Shown here: positions 52,181 to 61,495 of the stretch, piece after piece | Numbering within the stretch: the first letter of the stretch is position 1 | Layout of the letters: every line of letters begins with the position of its first letter | Origin: Negativicutes bacterium | GTDB taxonomy: Bacteria; Bacillota; Negativicutes; UBA1444 | NCBI GenBank assembly: GCA_963665275.2 | Contig: CAXXIN010000012.1 | Coordinates: 1 to 64,000, forward strand | DNA length: 64,000 nt | Direction: 5' to 3' | Translations under genes and position numbers: made by a program | The notes under the pieces: generated by a model | Database searches by the model: none | What the model was told of the DNA's origin: nothing | What the model saw: only the letters and a program-made list of their open reading frames with translations

Positions 52181-52863
52181 ACCATCAACACGGCCTCCAG
52201 GAAAATTTTGCGTGACATTTTCGATTTCCCAGCAGTCCGATCTTCAAAAATGATCGGTGTCTCAACAATTCGGAATCCCAGAGCCTGCGCCCGATAAGTC
52301 ATTTCAATCTGAAAGGAATAACCGTTGGACTTGACTGCATCCAAATCGATAGCCTGAAGAACCTCCCTGCGGAAGCACTTGAATCCACCGGTCAGATCAC
52401 GCAGGGACAGCCCGAGGATTGTCCTGGCATACAAACTGCCGCCGCGGCTGATAAATTTCCGTAGCAATCCCCAGTTTTTCACCCCGCCGCCCGGAACATA
52501 ACGGCTGCCCAAAACCACATCATGCGTCTGAATTGCCGCCAAAAAATCGGGCAGGTACTTGGGATCATGGGAGAAATCGGCATCCATCTCAAAAATGTAG
52601 TCGTAATCACGGGCCAGCGCCCATTTGAACCCGGCAATATACGCTGTCCCCAGACCCAGCTTCCCGGCGCGCTTCAACAAAAACAGACGATCCGGATATC
52701 GCGACTGCATCAGCCCCTCGACGACTTCAAAGGTGCGATCAGGCGAGTTGTCGTCCACGATCAGCATATGGGCTGCCGGATCGGTCCGGGTAATCAGCTC
52801 CAGCAAACTTTCTATATTCTCCCGCTCATTATAGGTGGGAATGATGATTAGATGTTTCGACAA
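52144..52863 (-). CDS. Polyprenol-phosphate mannose synthase-like GT2
   Basis: IIPTYNERENI, VDDNSPD, GLGTAY, EMDADFSHDP, GYSFQIE; TTG start at 52863 with GGAGG RBS. Confidence 0.92.
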   Translation of the reverse strand: MSKHLIIIPTYNERENIESLLELITRTDPAAHMLIVDDNSPDRTFEVVEGLMQSRYPDRLFLLKRAGKLGLGTAYIAGFKWALARDYDYIFEMDADFSHDPKYLPDFLAAIQTHDVVLGSRYVPGGGVKNWGLLRKFISRGGSLYARTILGLSLRDLTGGFKCFRREVLQAIDLDAVKSNGYSFQIEMTYRAQALGFRIVETPIIFEDRTAGKSKMSRKIFLEAVLMVWKLRMDSTIGS

Positions 52864-52865
52864 GG

Positions 52866-53288
52866 CTATCGTTCCTCCCCGTTCGGTTCTTTCCCGCACG
52901 TGCTGTTTCGCTTTTCGCCAAAAGTAAACCGCGAATTCATGGCAAAATTCAAGATGCTGACCAAGCCAATGGAAACGAGCTGTGCCAGGGTCTTGTCCAT
53001 ATCGAATTTCTCGACAAAGGCTCCCAGCAACAACAAATTGAACCCGAGGTTCAGAACGCTGACCCCGAGAAATCGAAAGTACTTGTTGCGCGTGCTGCGA
53101 CTAGCGGCATGTCCCTTGAACGTCCAACGGAAGTTCCAGAAAAAATTATTGGTAACGGCAAACAAAAAGGATACCACGGCTGCCGCGAGATAATACAGAC
53201 CGCCTTGCACTGCGACCGCATACACAGCCATGTTGACCAGAGTTCCTGATAATCCGACGATCGAAAACTTCATGAATCGCTTTAACAA
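52866..53288 (-). CDS. GtrA-family flippase
   Basis: KFSIVG, NNFFWNFRWTF, C-terminal NF...RFTF; four TM helices. Confidence 0.9.
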   Translation of the reverse strand: MLKRFMKFSIVGLSGTLVNMAVYAVAVQGGLYYLAAAVVSFLFAVTNNFFWNFRWTFKGHAASRSTRNKYFRFLGVSVLNLGFNLLLLGAFVEKFDMDKTLAQLVSIGLVSILNFAMNSRFTFGEKRNSTCGKEPNGEER

Positions 53289-53325
53289 AAAGTGGGTCCG
53301 CCTTCTTTACACAAAATTCTTTATC

Positions 53326-53334
53326 ATTATATCA
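53326..53334 (-). promoter_or_regulatory. Extended -10 promoter for the gtrA cassette
   Basis: TGaTATAAT on the minus strand. Confidence 0.5.
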
Positions 53335-53385
53335 CAAGGCTTCGATCAACTGTCAAAATCCATATTTTGCATAGCCTTATTATTA

Positions 53386-53414
53386 TTGATAATTTTTCTC
53401 CGCAGTCATATAAT
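53386..53414 (+). promoter_or_regulatory. SigA-type promoter of the TM1266-aspA-hydF operon
   Basis: TTGATA-N17-TATAAT. Confidence 0.75.
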
Positions 53415-53420
53415 AATGTT

Positions 53421-53545
53421 AATATAGGGTTCCTGAGGGAGAGGGCCTAAAGCCTGACGCCGAGGGATGAACAACGCGGCGCATCAATGGGTGTGTCACA
53501 AGGTTCATCAGCTCCGCGAATTGTGCGGAGTTTTATTTTTTTAAA
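53421..53545 (+). ncRNA. Candidate cis-regulatory leader RNA (unassigned riboswitch/attenuator) ending in an intrinsic terminator
   Basis: Stems GGGC/GCCT, GATGAAC/GTTCATC and GGCGCATC/GGTGTGTC; terminator GCTCCGCG-AATTG-TGCGGAGT plus U-tract before the first start codon; competing pairings to the terminator 5' arm. Confidence 0.65.
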
Positions 53546-53559
53546 AGGGAGCTTGGAAG

Positions 53560-53814
53560 ATGAATTCACGTCTCGGCTTTGTTGGCATCGTTATCGAAGA
53601 TCCGTCCAGTGCACCTGACATCAACAACATCCTCAGCCGACATGGCCAAATCATTGCCGGCCGCATGGGTATTCCCCGTATTCATCACAACGAAGCGGGA
53701 ATCTCAGTCATCACTTTGATTGTGCAAGGAACTACGGATGAAATTGGCGCCCTGACCGGCCAGCTTGGCAACGTGGCCGGTGTTCAGGTCCGGTCTGCTC
53801 TGAGTAACAAATAA
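53560..53814 (+). CDS. TM1266-family iron-only hydrogenase system putative regulator (ACT/NikR-C-like)
   Basis: IAGRMGIP, ISVITLIVQG, IGALTGQLGNVAGVQV pattern; lies in hyd-maturase context. Confidence 0.85.
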   Translation: MNSRLGFVGIVIEDPSSAPDINNILSRHGQIIAGRMGIPRIHHNEAGISVITLIVQGTTDEIGALTGQLGNVAGVQVRSALSNK

Positions 53815-53832
53815 CTTTCGTGGGAGGTCGTC

Positions 53833-55263
53833 ATGTTCCGTATCGAATCCGACTTTCTTGGAGTGAAAAACGTACCGACTGATGCCTACTATGGAATCCA
53901 TACAGTCCGGGCCATGGAGAATTTCACTGTTTCGCGGCAACTGATCCATCCCGAACTGATTCGCGCCATTGCGACAGTCAAGCAGGCGGCAGCGGAAATG
54001 AACATGTCACTCGGGCTCTTGGATTCCCGACTGGGCTCAGCCATATTTCAGGCTGCCGCCGAAGTAGCAGACGGACAATTCGCCGACCAGTTCCCGTTGG
54101 ATGCGCTCCAGGGAGGCGCTGGCACTTCCACCAACATGAACGTCAATGAAGTCCTCGCCAACCGGGCGATTGAATTGTTGGCCGGTGAAAAAGGGGATTA
54201 TTCGCTGATCCATCCCCTAAACCATGTTAACCTGTCGCAGTCCACCAATGACGTCTATCCTACCGCCCTGCGTCTTGCGGCTATCCGTCTGCTGCAGGCC
54301 CTGTCCGAAGCCTGCGCCCAATTGCAGGGTTCTTTGCAGAAAAAAGAGGCTGAATTTGCTGGAGTCCTGAAACTGGGCAGAACCGAAATGCAGGATGCGG
54401 TCCCCATTACGCTTGGGCAGGAATTTTCCGCCTGGGCGGAAGCGATCGCCCGTGACCGCTGGCGCCTCTACAAGGTGGAAGAACGCCTCCGCGAAGTGAA
54501 CCTCGGCGGCACGGCCATTGGAACCGGCCTGAATGCGGAACGAAAATATGTGTTCGGCGTTGTGGAGCGTCTGCGTTCCCTGACAGGCATCGGGCTGGCG
54601 CGCGACGAAAACATGATTGACACCACCCAGAACGCCGACGTCTTTGTTGAAGTATCGGGGCTGCTCAAAGCCTGCGCCTCTACGCTGATCAAAATCAGCA
54701 ATGACCTTCGCCTGCTCTCCTCCGGTCCCCGCGGCGGCTTCGGCGAGATCCGGCTGCCGGATCTTCAGGCCGGCTCTTCCATCATGCCAGGCAAAGTGAA
54801 TCCGGTCATTCCTGAAATGGTTGCCCAAGTCGGCTATCAGATCATTGCCCGCGATCTGGCCATCACGTTGGCAGCTCAGGGCGGCCAGCTGGAACTTAAT
54901 GCTTTTTTACCGCTCATCGCCGCCAATCTGCTGCCTGGGATGGAAGAACTCACACAGGCAATGCGTCTGTTTGCATCCCGTTGCATCGACGGCATTGAGG
55001 CGGATACGGACCGGTGTCGGGCTCATTTGGAGAACAGCGTCGCCCTGATCACAGCGCTCTCTCCGCTCATCGGTTACGACCGGGCTGCCGCAATCGCCAA
55101 ACAGGCACTAAAGAATAACTCCCCCATCAAGAAAGCACTCTTGGAATCCGGTCTGTTTACCCAGGCGGAACTTGATGCTTTGTTGCGCCCGGAGACACTC
55201 ACCCGTCCCGGCATGATCAAAAGGCCGACCGCCGATAAACCAAAGGAGGCCCGCCATGAATGA
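53833..55263 (+). CDS. aspA: Aspartate ammonia-lyase
   Basis: YYGIHTVRA, QGGAGTSTNMNVNEV, SQSTND, GSSIMPGKVNP, GQLELN. Confidence 0.92.
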   Translation: MFRIESDFLGVKNVPTDAYYGIHTVRAMENFTVSRQLIHPELIRAIATVKQAAAEMNMSLGLLDSRLGSAIFQAAAEVADGQFADQFPLDALQGGAGTSTNMNVNEVLANRAIELLAGEKGDYSLIHPLNHVNLSQSTNDVYPTALRLAAIRLLQALSEACAQLQGSLQKKEAEFAGVLKLGRTEMQDAVPITLGQEFSAWAEAIARDRWRLYKVEERLREVNLGGTAIGTGLNAERKYVFGVVERLRSLTGIGLARDENMIDTTQNADVFVEVSGLLKACASTLIKISNDLRLLSSGPRGGFGEIRLPDLQAGSSIMPGKVNPVIPEMVAQVGYQIIARDLAITLAAQGGQLELNAFLPLIAANLLPGMEELTQAMRLFASRCIDGIEADTDRCRAHLENSVALITALSPLIGYDRAAAIAKQALKNNSPIKKALLESGLFTQAELDALLRPETLTRPGMIKRPTADKPKEARHE

Positions 55264-56488
55264 AACCCCACGCGGCAACCGGTTGCATATCGCTTTGTTC
55301 GGACGTCGGAACGCCGGAAAATCAAGTCTGATCAATGCACTGACCAATCAGTCGCTGGCCATCGTATCCCCTATTGCCGGCACCACTACCGATCCGGTCT
55401 ATAAATCCATGGAGATTTTGCCCATTGGTCCTGTGGTAGTTATCGACACCGCAGGGCTGGATGACGTAGGTGACTTGGGATCGTTGCGTGTCGCCAAATC
55501 ATTGGAAGTCTTGCGAAAATCCGATTTGGTCCTGCTAGTGGTTGATGCAGGCGTCGGACTCGGTGAGCCAGAAAAAGGCCTGGCGGAAAAATGTCTGGCG
55601 CAGAAAATCCCCTTCATCCTCGTCTTTAATAAAACCGATCTTCAGGAAGTTTCTCCGGCAACTCTGGAAACGGCAAAAAGCGAACTCGGAGCCGTTGCTG
55701 CAGTGGCCCTCAGTGCGCAGGAACGAAGAGGCATCGGGGAGCTCAAAATCGCCATGGTCCGTCACGCCCCAGCACGGTGGGATACGCAGACCATCGTGGG
55801 AGACTTGTTGCAGCCGGGTGATATCGCCGTTTTGGTCGTTCCGATCGATCTGGCCGCACCCGCCGGACGCCTGATCCTACCGCAGGTCCAGATGATTCGC
55901 GATATCCTGGATCACGATGCCATGGCCTATACGGTTAAAGAACGCGAACTGAAGGAATGCATCGCCAGTTTGAACCGCAAGCCGAAGATCGTCATTACGG
56001 ATTCGCAGGTTTTTCTCAAAGCCGACGCCGATACACCCCCGGATGTACTCCTGACTTCTTTTTCGATCCTGTTTGCCCGCTACAAGGGTGATCTGGAAAC
56101 GATGGTGCGAGGCGCCCGGGCAATTGATCGCCTGAAACCCGGCGACAAGGTTCTCATCAGCGAATCCTGCACTCATCATCGGGTTGAAGATGATATCGGC
56201 ACTGTTAAAATTCCCCGCTGGCTACGGCAGCATGTCGGCGGCGAACTGATCGTCGATCACTCCAGTGGATTGACATTTCCGCAAAATCTTAGTGATTACA
56301 AACTGGTTCTCCACTGCGGCGCCTGCATGACCAACCGTCGCGAAATGCTGGCCCGCATCGTCGAAGTTCAGCAGGCTGGCGTTCCTATCGTCAACTATGG
56401 CGTTGCCATCGCGGCGCTGATGGGCATCCTGAAGAGAGCCTTGTCGCCTTTTCCCCTGTTACAAGAGATACTGGATGAAGACGAGTGA
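55256..56488 (+). CDS. hydF: [FeFe]-hydrogenase H-cluster maturation GTPase HydF
   Basis: GRRNAGKSS, GTTTDPV, DTAG, NKTD, GRLILPQ, ESCTHH...HCGACM (CxH...HCGxC). Confidence 0.96.
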   Translation: MNETPRGNRLHIALFGRRNAGKSSLINALTNQSLAIVSPIAGTTTDPVYKSMEILPIGPVVVIDTAGLDDVGDLGSLRVAKSLEVLRKSDLVLLVVDAGVGLGEPEKGLAEKCLAQKIPFILVFNKTDLQEVSPATLETAKSELGAVAAVALSAQERRGIGELKIAMVRHAPARWDTQTIVGDLLQPGDIAVLVVPIDLAAPAGRLILPQVQMIRDILDHDAMAYTVKERELKECIASLNRKPKIVITDSQVFLKADADTPPDVLLTSFSILFARYKGDLETMVRGARAIDRLKPGDKVLISESCTHHRVEDDIGTVKIPRWLRQHVGGELIVDHSSGLTFPQNLSDYKLVLHCGACMTNRREMLARIVEVQQAGVPIVNYGVAIAALMGILKRALSPFPLLQEILDEDE

Positions 56489-56494
56489 GTAAAC

Positions 56495-56529
56495 AAAAAT
56501 CCCGGAGCATGAAGCTACCGGGATTTTTG
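56495..56529. terminator. Bidirectional terminator
   Basis: AAAAATCCCGG...CCGGGATTTTT. Confidence 0.8.
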
Positions 56530-56553
56530 ATAATCAGGCCACGGTTGATGCTA

Positions 56554-58296
56554 TTATACTTTAAACTGGTTTACCGTCTGCTGCAGGTCGTTGGCGAACT
56601 TGCCCAACTCCCGTCCCGCTGCGGCAATTTCCTGCATTGCAGCCGATTGTTCTTCTGTCGCTGCCGAAACATTATGAGTTTGTTGCACTGCCGTTTGTCC
56701 GATAATTTTCAAATCGTTCATTGCCCCAAGAATGGTAGAATTCCCTTCGGCCATTGCAGCGAAGGACTCGTCAATCTTCCGGACTTGATTCGAAACATTA
56801 GACACCTGCAAATTAATTTCTTGAAAAGATTGACCCGCGCTTCGCACATCATTGGCCCCGGTTCGTACTTCCTTGCTCCCTGCCGCCATGACTGCAACAG
56901 CCCGTTCTGTTTCCGACTGAATACCGCCGATTAACGAGGCAATTTGCTGCGCGGCATGATCTGATTGCTCCGCCAATTTTCGAACTTCATCCGCGACTAC
57001 GGAAAATCCTCGCCCGGACTCACCAGCGCGCGCTGCTTCAATCGCGGCATTGAGCGCCAGCAAATTAGTCTGTCCGGCAATATCCGAAATTGTTGCAACG
57101 ATGTGCCCAATTTCTTGCGACATTGTTCCTAGTTTCGCAACAACTTCCGCTGACTCTCCTACGGTTTTCTCAATTTGATCCATCTGTCGTACTGCTTGTC
57201 CAGCTGCAATTTCACCTTCTGCTGCTTTGCGTGCTGCAACAGTTGAACTTTCGGCAACTCCCGCAGCCTCTCGCGCCAAACGATCAACCTGATTCGCGCG
57301 CTTTGCCACACTTGCGATGACTTCTTCAATCGTTTTATTCTGGCTGTCGGCGCCAACAGCGACTTCGGCAATTGCGGTTGCGACTGAGTTTGCCGATTCC
57401 GCCGATTGCTCAACATTCGCCCCAAGCTGCTCTGCTGACTTGGTCAGCATATTTGAATTTTGACGAATGTTGAGCACCAAGGATTTAATATGCCCTTGCA
57501 TCCGATTCATAGCCGCGCCAACCTCACCAATCTCATCATTGGAAGAAACAACAATCGCCCGGGTCAGATCTCCCTTTGAATACATTGCGGCTCCCTCAGC
57601 CAAAGCTTGCAGTGGCCGCCTTACCGCACGTGAAAGCGTAAGGCTGAGCGCTATGCCGACCACTAGAGCAATTCCCCCAACCCCTGCAGCAACCTTAACT
57701 GCTTCCGCAGCAGCAATCGATGCATCTTCTACGGTTTCCGCCACGTTTTTTTCATCAGCTTCGACGAAGTTTAATATACTTCTTTTTACTGATTGCGCCT
57801 GAGAATTAAAGTTGATTGCCATCGCAATTGCTCGAACCCGCTTGGCCTCAACACTCCCATCAATCACCGCCGAGTCTCGTTGCGCATGACTAGCCGAATA
57901 ATAGTCCTTGACCGCTGGTAACAGCTCACCCGTCAGTTTCATTTTATACTCAATTACTTCTTTTACCAATTCATCAACGCGAGTCTTCTCGCCTTCTTCC
58001 CGCAAAAGTTTTTTCAATTCGATTGCCATATCGCTGATTTTATTTGCGGATTCTTCAGCTTGGCGAGCGTAGTTTTCATCTCCGAAAGCTACCAACCCCC
58101 GCAGACTTGCCAGCATGCCGGCCGCTTCCGCATCCATCTTCATTTCCAGCATCAGTCGACGATTAGTCTCATGAAGCGCTCCAACCTGTTTTTCCGCCTC
58201 ATAGAGCGAATAAAGCGCTATTGCCGCCATGAATCCCAGCAATACCAACATTGCCGCAAACCCGGCGGTTATTTTGGTTCCGATACGCATCTGCAT
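56554..58296 (-). CDS. Membrane methyl-accepting chemotaxis protein
   Basis: Two TM helices, helical sensor region, HAMP (SNDEIG), [18 protein letters not shown]. Confidence 0.93.
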   Translation of the reverse strand: MQMRIGTKITAGFAAMLVLLGFMAAIALYSLYEAEKQVGALHETNRRLMLEMKMDAEAAGMLASLRGLVAFGDENYARQAEESANKISDMAIELKKLLREEGEKTRVDELVKEVIEYKMKLTGELLPAVKDYYSASHAQRDSAVIDGSVEAKRVRAIAMAINFNSQAQSVKRSILNFVEADEKNVAETVEDASIAAAEAVKVAAGVGGIALVVGIALSLTLSRAVRRPLQALAEGAAMYSKGDLTRAIVVSSNDEIGEVGAAMNRMQGHIKSLVLNIRQNSNMLTKSAEQLGANVEQSAESANSVATAIAEVAVGADSQNKTIEEVIASVAKRANQVDRLAREAAGVAESSTVAARKAAEGEIAAGQAVRQMDQIEKTVGESAEVVAKLGTMSQEIGHIVATISDIAGQTNLLALNAAIEAARAGESGRGFSVVADEVRKLAEQSDHAAQQIASLIGGIQSETERAVAVMAAGSKEVRTGANDVRSAGQSFQEINLQVSNVSNQVRKIDESFAAMAEGNSTILGAMNDLKIIGQTAVQQTHNVSAATEEQSAAMQEIAAAGRELGKFANDLQQTVNQFKV

Positions 58297-58366
58297 AAAA
58301 CACCCCGCAACAAACTCTAATTTTCCTTATATTTCATTGCACATGCCTCTCCTATTCTCCTGCTAA

Positions 58367-58409
58367 ATTGTCAAAAAAAACCGGCCAATTTCGGCCGGTT
58401 TTTGACAAT
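58367..58409 (-). terminator. Terminator after the Liv-type binding protein gene
   Basis: ATTGTCAAAAA...CCGGCC...GGCCGGTTTTTGACAAT inverted repeat with T8 on the minus strand. Confidence 0.8.
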
Positions 58410-58439
58410 TGAAATTATTGAGTTATTTAGGAAATTCGA

Positions 58440-59621
58440 TTACGGTTTAACGGTTGTTTTGTAGACCATCTTACCATCTTTCATTTCGATGATAACCGCG
58501 CTCTTCACCGCATCATGACTTGCATTCAGAGTCGTTGCTCCGGTAACAGCCGGGAAATCTTTGGTCGCTTCGAGAGCGTCGCGGATCTTCGCAGGGTCAG
58601 CAGCACCAGCGCGTTTGATCGCATCAGCCATTACGTAAGCGGCATCATAACCGAGTACCGCCATAGCATCAGGCATAACGCCGTATTCTTTTTTATAGGC
58701 ATCAACGAATTTCTTGGAGGCAGGACTGTTATCTTCCGGCGAATAATGATTGGTAAAGAAGGTATTGTTCATGCCGGCAGCCGTTCCGATTTCAACCAGT
58801 TTCGGAGAATCCCAGCCATCGCCACCGACGATGGGAACGGTGATGCCCATTTCACGAGCTTGTTTGGCAATCATACCCACTTCTTCGTAATAACCAGGCA
58901 GATAGATAACTTCGGGGCTCATCCCTTTGATCTTGGTCAGGATAGCCTTGAAATCCTTGTCTTTTTGCAGATAAGCTTCTTCACCGGCGATCGCACCGCC
59001 GCCTTTCGTGAAGGCTTCTTTGAAGAACTTAGCCAGTCCTTTGCTATAGTCGCTGGAGTTATCGATCATCACAACCGCTTTTTTCAGTTTGAGGTCTTTC
59101 AGTACGAAATTCGCACCAACTGTACCCTGGAACGGGTCAATGAAACAGACGCGGAAGGTGTAGGGTTTTGCTTTGCCTGTGGCTTCATTCACGGTGACTT
59201 TGGGGTTCGTTGTAGCGGCAGCCATGAAAGGAATCTTGTTGGCTTCGTTAACCGCTGAACCGGCAATGCCATTGGAGCTGGTGGTGAAACCGACAACCGC
59301 AACAACTTTGTCCTGCGAGATAACTTTGGTCATCGCATTGGCCGACTCAGAAGGTTCTCCCTTATTGTCAGCGCTGACGATAGTGATCTGCTTGCCAAGA
59401 ACACCGCCGGCAGCATTGATTTCTTTGAATGCAAGTTTGGTGCCATTATTGGCTGCTGTACCAAAGGAAGCCGTATTGCCAGTCAGTTCATAGACAACAC
59501 CGATTTTGATATCTTTCGAATCAGCCGGTTTTGCCGGAGTACTGGCGCCACCACAGCCTGCAACAGTTAAGGCAGCAACAACTAGAACCACAAGAACATA
59601 GAGAAGTGCACTCTTTTTCAT
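58440..59621 (-). CDS. Orphan branched-chain amino acid ABC substrate-binding lipoprotein (LivK-like)
   Basis: Lipobox VAGC, INAAGGVLGK, FRVCFIDPFQG, GGDGWD; ATG 59621 with GGAGG RBS. Confidence 0.9.
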   Translation of the reverse strand: MKKSALLYVLVVLVVAALTVAGCGGASTPAKPADSKDIKIGVVYELTGNTASFGTAANNGTKLAFKEINAAGGVLGKQITIVSADNKGEPSESANAMTKVISQDKVVAVVGFTTSSNGIAGSAVNEANKIPFMAAATTNPKVTVNEATGKAKPYTFRVCFIDPFQGTVGANFVLKDLKLKKAVVMIDNSSDYSKGLAKFFKEAFTKGGGAIAGEEAYLQKDKDFKAILTKIKGMSPEVIYLPGYYEEVGMIAKQAREMGITVPIVGGDGWDSPKLVEIGTAAGMNNTFFTNHYSPEDNSPASKKFVDAYKKEYGVMPDAMAVLGYDAAYVMADAIKRAGAADPAKIRDALEATKDFPAVTGATTLNASHDAVKSAVIIEMKDGKMVYKTTVKP

Positions 59622-59916
59622 TCTTTCAACCTCCATTTTTTTGTCTTTCTCGTCAGCGGGTTTATCTACAATAGGTTCCCCTATGGCCCCCCCTTCAGCA
59701 CGAAGGCTTACACGTTCCAGATAAGAGAAAAAAGAAGCTTTTCGACATAATACCAAGACGGTATTGCGCAAAAAGCTTCTTCGCTTTTACTTTATGGCCT
59801 CTGTATGCTATGTAATGTTCTTGAAATAGATTATAGTACGCAAATTCATATTTATCAAGCATATTTAATAAAAAAAGTAACATTTCATCGCAAAAGTGGT
59901 TTTTCCAATCAGAAAT

Positions 59917-61443
59917 TTACCGGAGCCGTTCCCCCAAAGCCGATTCGGTTGCCGTTACGATTTTCTCCAGCACCAGCATTTTATAGACTGTTTCTATATC
60001 TTCAGCCGGTACCCGATCTTCATCCAGGTGGGGAACTTCCCGTCTGATCGCCTGAAATGCCGCATTAACTCCGATTCCCGGAGCAAGCGGTCGCAAGAAG
60101 TCCAGCCCCTGGGCCGCAACCAGCATCTCGATGGCCACAACATACCGAACGTTTTCCAAAATCTCGCGAGCCTGGCGCGCCGCAATGGTTCCCATGCTGA
60201 CATGATCTTCCTGATTGGCTGAGGTGGGAATCGAATCCACGCAGGCGGGATGGGCCAGCACTTTGTTCTCCGACACCAAGGCCGCCGCGGTGTACTGGGT
60301 GATCATCAGTCCTGAATCAACACCGGGATAGGCGGTCAAAAACGGGGGAAGATCGCTCAAATGAGCATCAAGCATACGATTGACACGACGTTCAGCAATG
60401 CTGCCGATCTCCGCCAGTGCAGTTTTCATATAGTCCATGACCAGTGCAACGGGTTGTCCATGAAAATTTCCGCCCGAAATCACCTCTCCCGTATCCGGGA
60501 AAATCAGAGGATTGTCGGTCGCAGAATTCATCTCAATATTCAGAGTGTCCAGCGTTCGCATCAAGGCATCCTTGGATGCACCGTGAACTTGGGGAATACA
60601 GCGAAGCGAATAAGCATCCTGAACTTTTTCGCAGTGGGCGTGCGAAGCGATGATCTCGCTTTCCGCAGTCAGTCGCAACATGTTCGCGCAGGCGGCCAAC
60701 TGTCCCGGATGCGGGCGCAAACGACTAATCCGCTCATCAAAAGCAGTCCGTGTGCCGCGCAAAGCTTCCAACGACATCGCTGCCGCAATGTCGGCGGCTT
60801 TCATCAAGCTTTCCGCATCAGCCCAGACCAGTGCCCCCACCGCAGTCATGATCTGTGTCCCGTTGATCAGCGCCAATCCTTCCTTGCCGCCGAGCTCTAT
60901 CGGCTGCAACCCGGCCGCCGCGAGCGACTCTCTGCCTGACACCAATTTTCCGTCAACAAAGGCTTTTCCTTCGCCCATCAATACTAACGCGATATGCGAC
61001 AACGGCGACAGATCACCGCTGGCCCCCACAGAACCCTTGGAAGGGACTGCGGGGTAGATACGGTGATTAATGAGGGCAATCAGCATATCCAATGTCTCCG
61101 GCCGGATACCTGAATAACCCTTGGCCAAGGAATTGGCCCGCAGGAGCATCGCGGCCCTCACCACATCTTCCGGCAAACATTCGCCGACCCCGGCGGCATG
61201 GCTCAGAATCAGGTTGCGTTGCAGCTTCGCCCGCTCCGGCGGCGAGATCCAGATGCGACTGAGATCGCCGAATCCGGTGGATATGCCGTAAACCGGCTCC
61301 TCAGAAGCCAGCAGTTTTTCAACCACCGCCCGGCTGGCTACGACTTGACGACGTCCCTCCGAGCTCAGGGCAACGATCTCAAATTGCCGGGCTACCCGAA
61401 CGACGTCATCAATGGTAAGTGAATTCCCGTCTATATTGATCAT
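59917..61443 (-). CDS. hutH: Histidine ammonia-lyase
   Basis: YGISTGFG, LILSHAAG, MIO motif GASGDL, KEGLALING, QDAYSLRC, SGGNFHG, NQEDHVSM. Confidence 0.95.
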   Translation of the reverse strand: MINIDGNSLTIDDVVRVARQFEIVALSSEGRRQVVASRAVVEKLLASEEPVYGISTGFGDLSRIWISPPERAKLQRNLILSHAAGVGECLPEDVVRAAMLLRANSLAKGYSGIRPETLDMLIALINHRIYPAVPSKGSVGASGDLSPLSHIALVLMGEGKAFVDGKLVSGRESLAAAGLQPIELGGKEGLALINGTQIMTAVGALVWADAESLMKAADIAAAMSLEALRGTRTAFDERISRLRPHPGQLAACANMLRLTAESEIIASHAHCEKVQDAYSLRCIPQVHGASKDALMRTLDTLNIEMNSATDNPLIFPDTGEVISGGNFHGQPVALVMDYMKTALAEIGSIAERRVNRMLDAHLSDLPPFLTAYPGVDSGLMITQYTAAALVSENKVLAHPACVDSIPTSANQEDHVSMGTIAARQAREILENVRYVVAIEMLVAAQGLDFLRPLAPGIGVNAAFQAIRREVPHLDEDRVPAEDIETVYKMLVLEKIVTATESALGERLR

Positions 61444-61495
61444 TTCTTCACCTTTTGCCTTTTCCTCTTTTAGCCCATGCCCAACATTCTTTACA

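Noticed and set aside
53421-53545. Assigning the leader as a canonical glycine, THF, T-box, SAM-I or TPP element
   Set aside because: Diagnostic blocks are absent (CUCAGG, GCGUUAAGUG, UGGNACC, AUCNAGAG, CUGAGA respectively); kept as unassigned.
59622-59900. Long region upstream of the orphan livK-like gene as a T-box or riboswitch
   Set aside because: No T-box sequence or clear terminator found on the minus strand.
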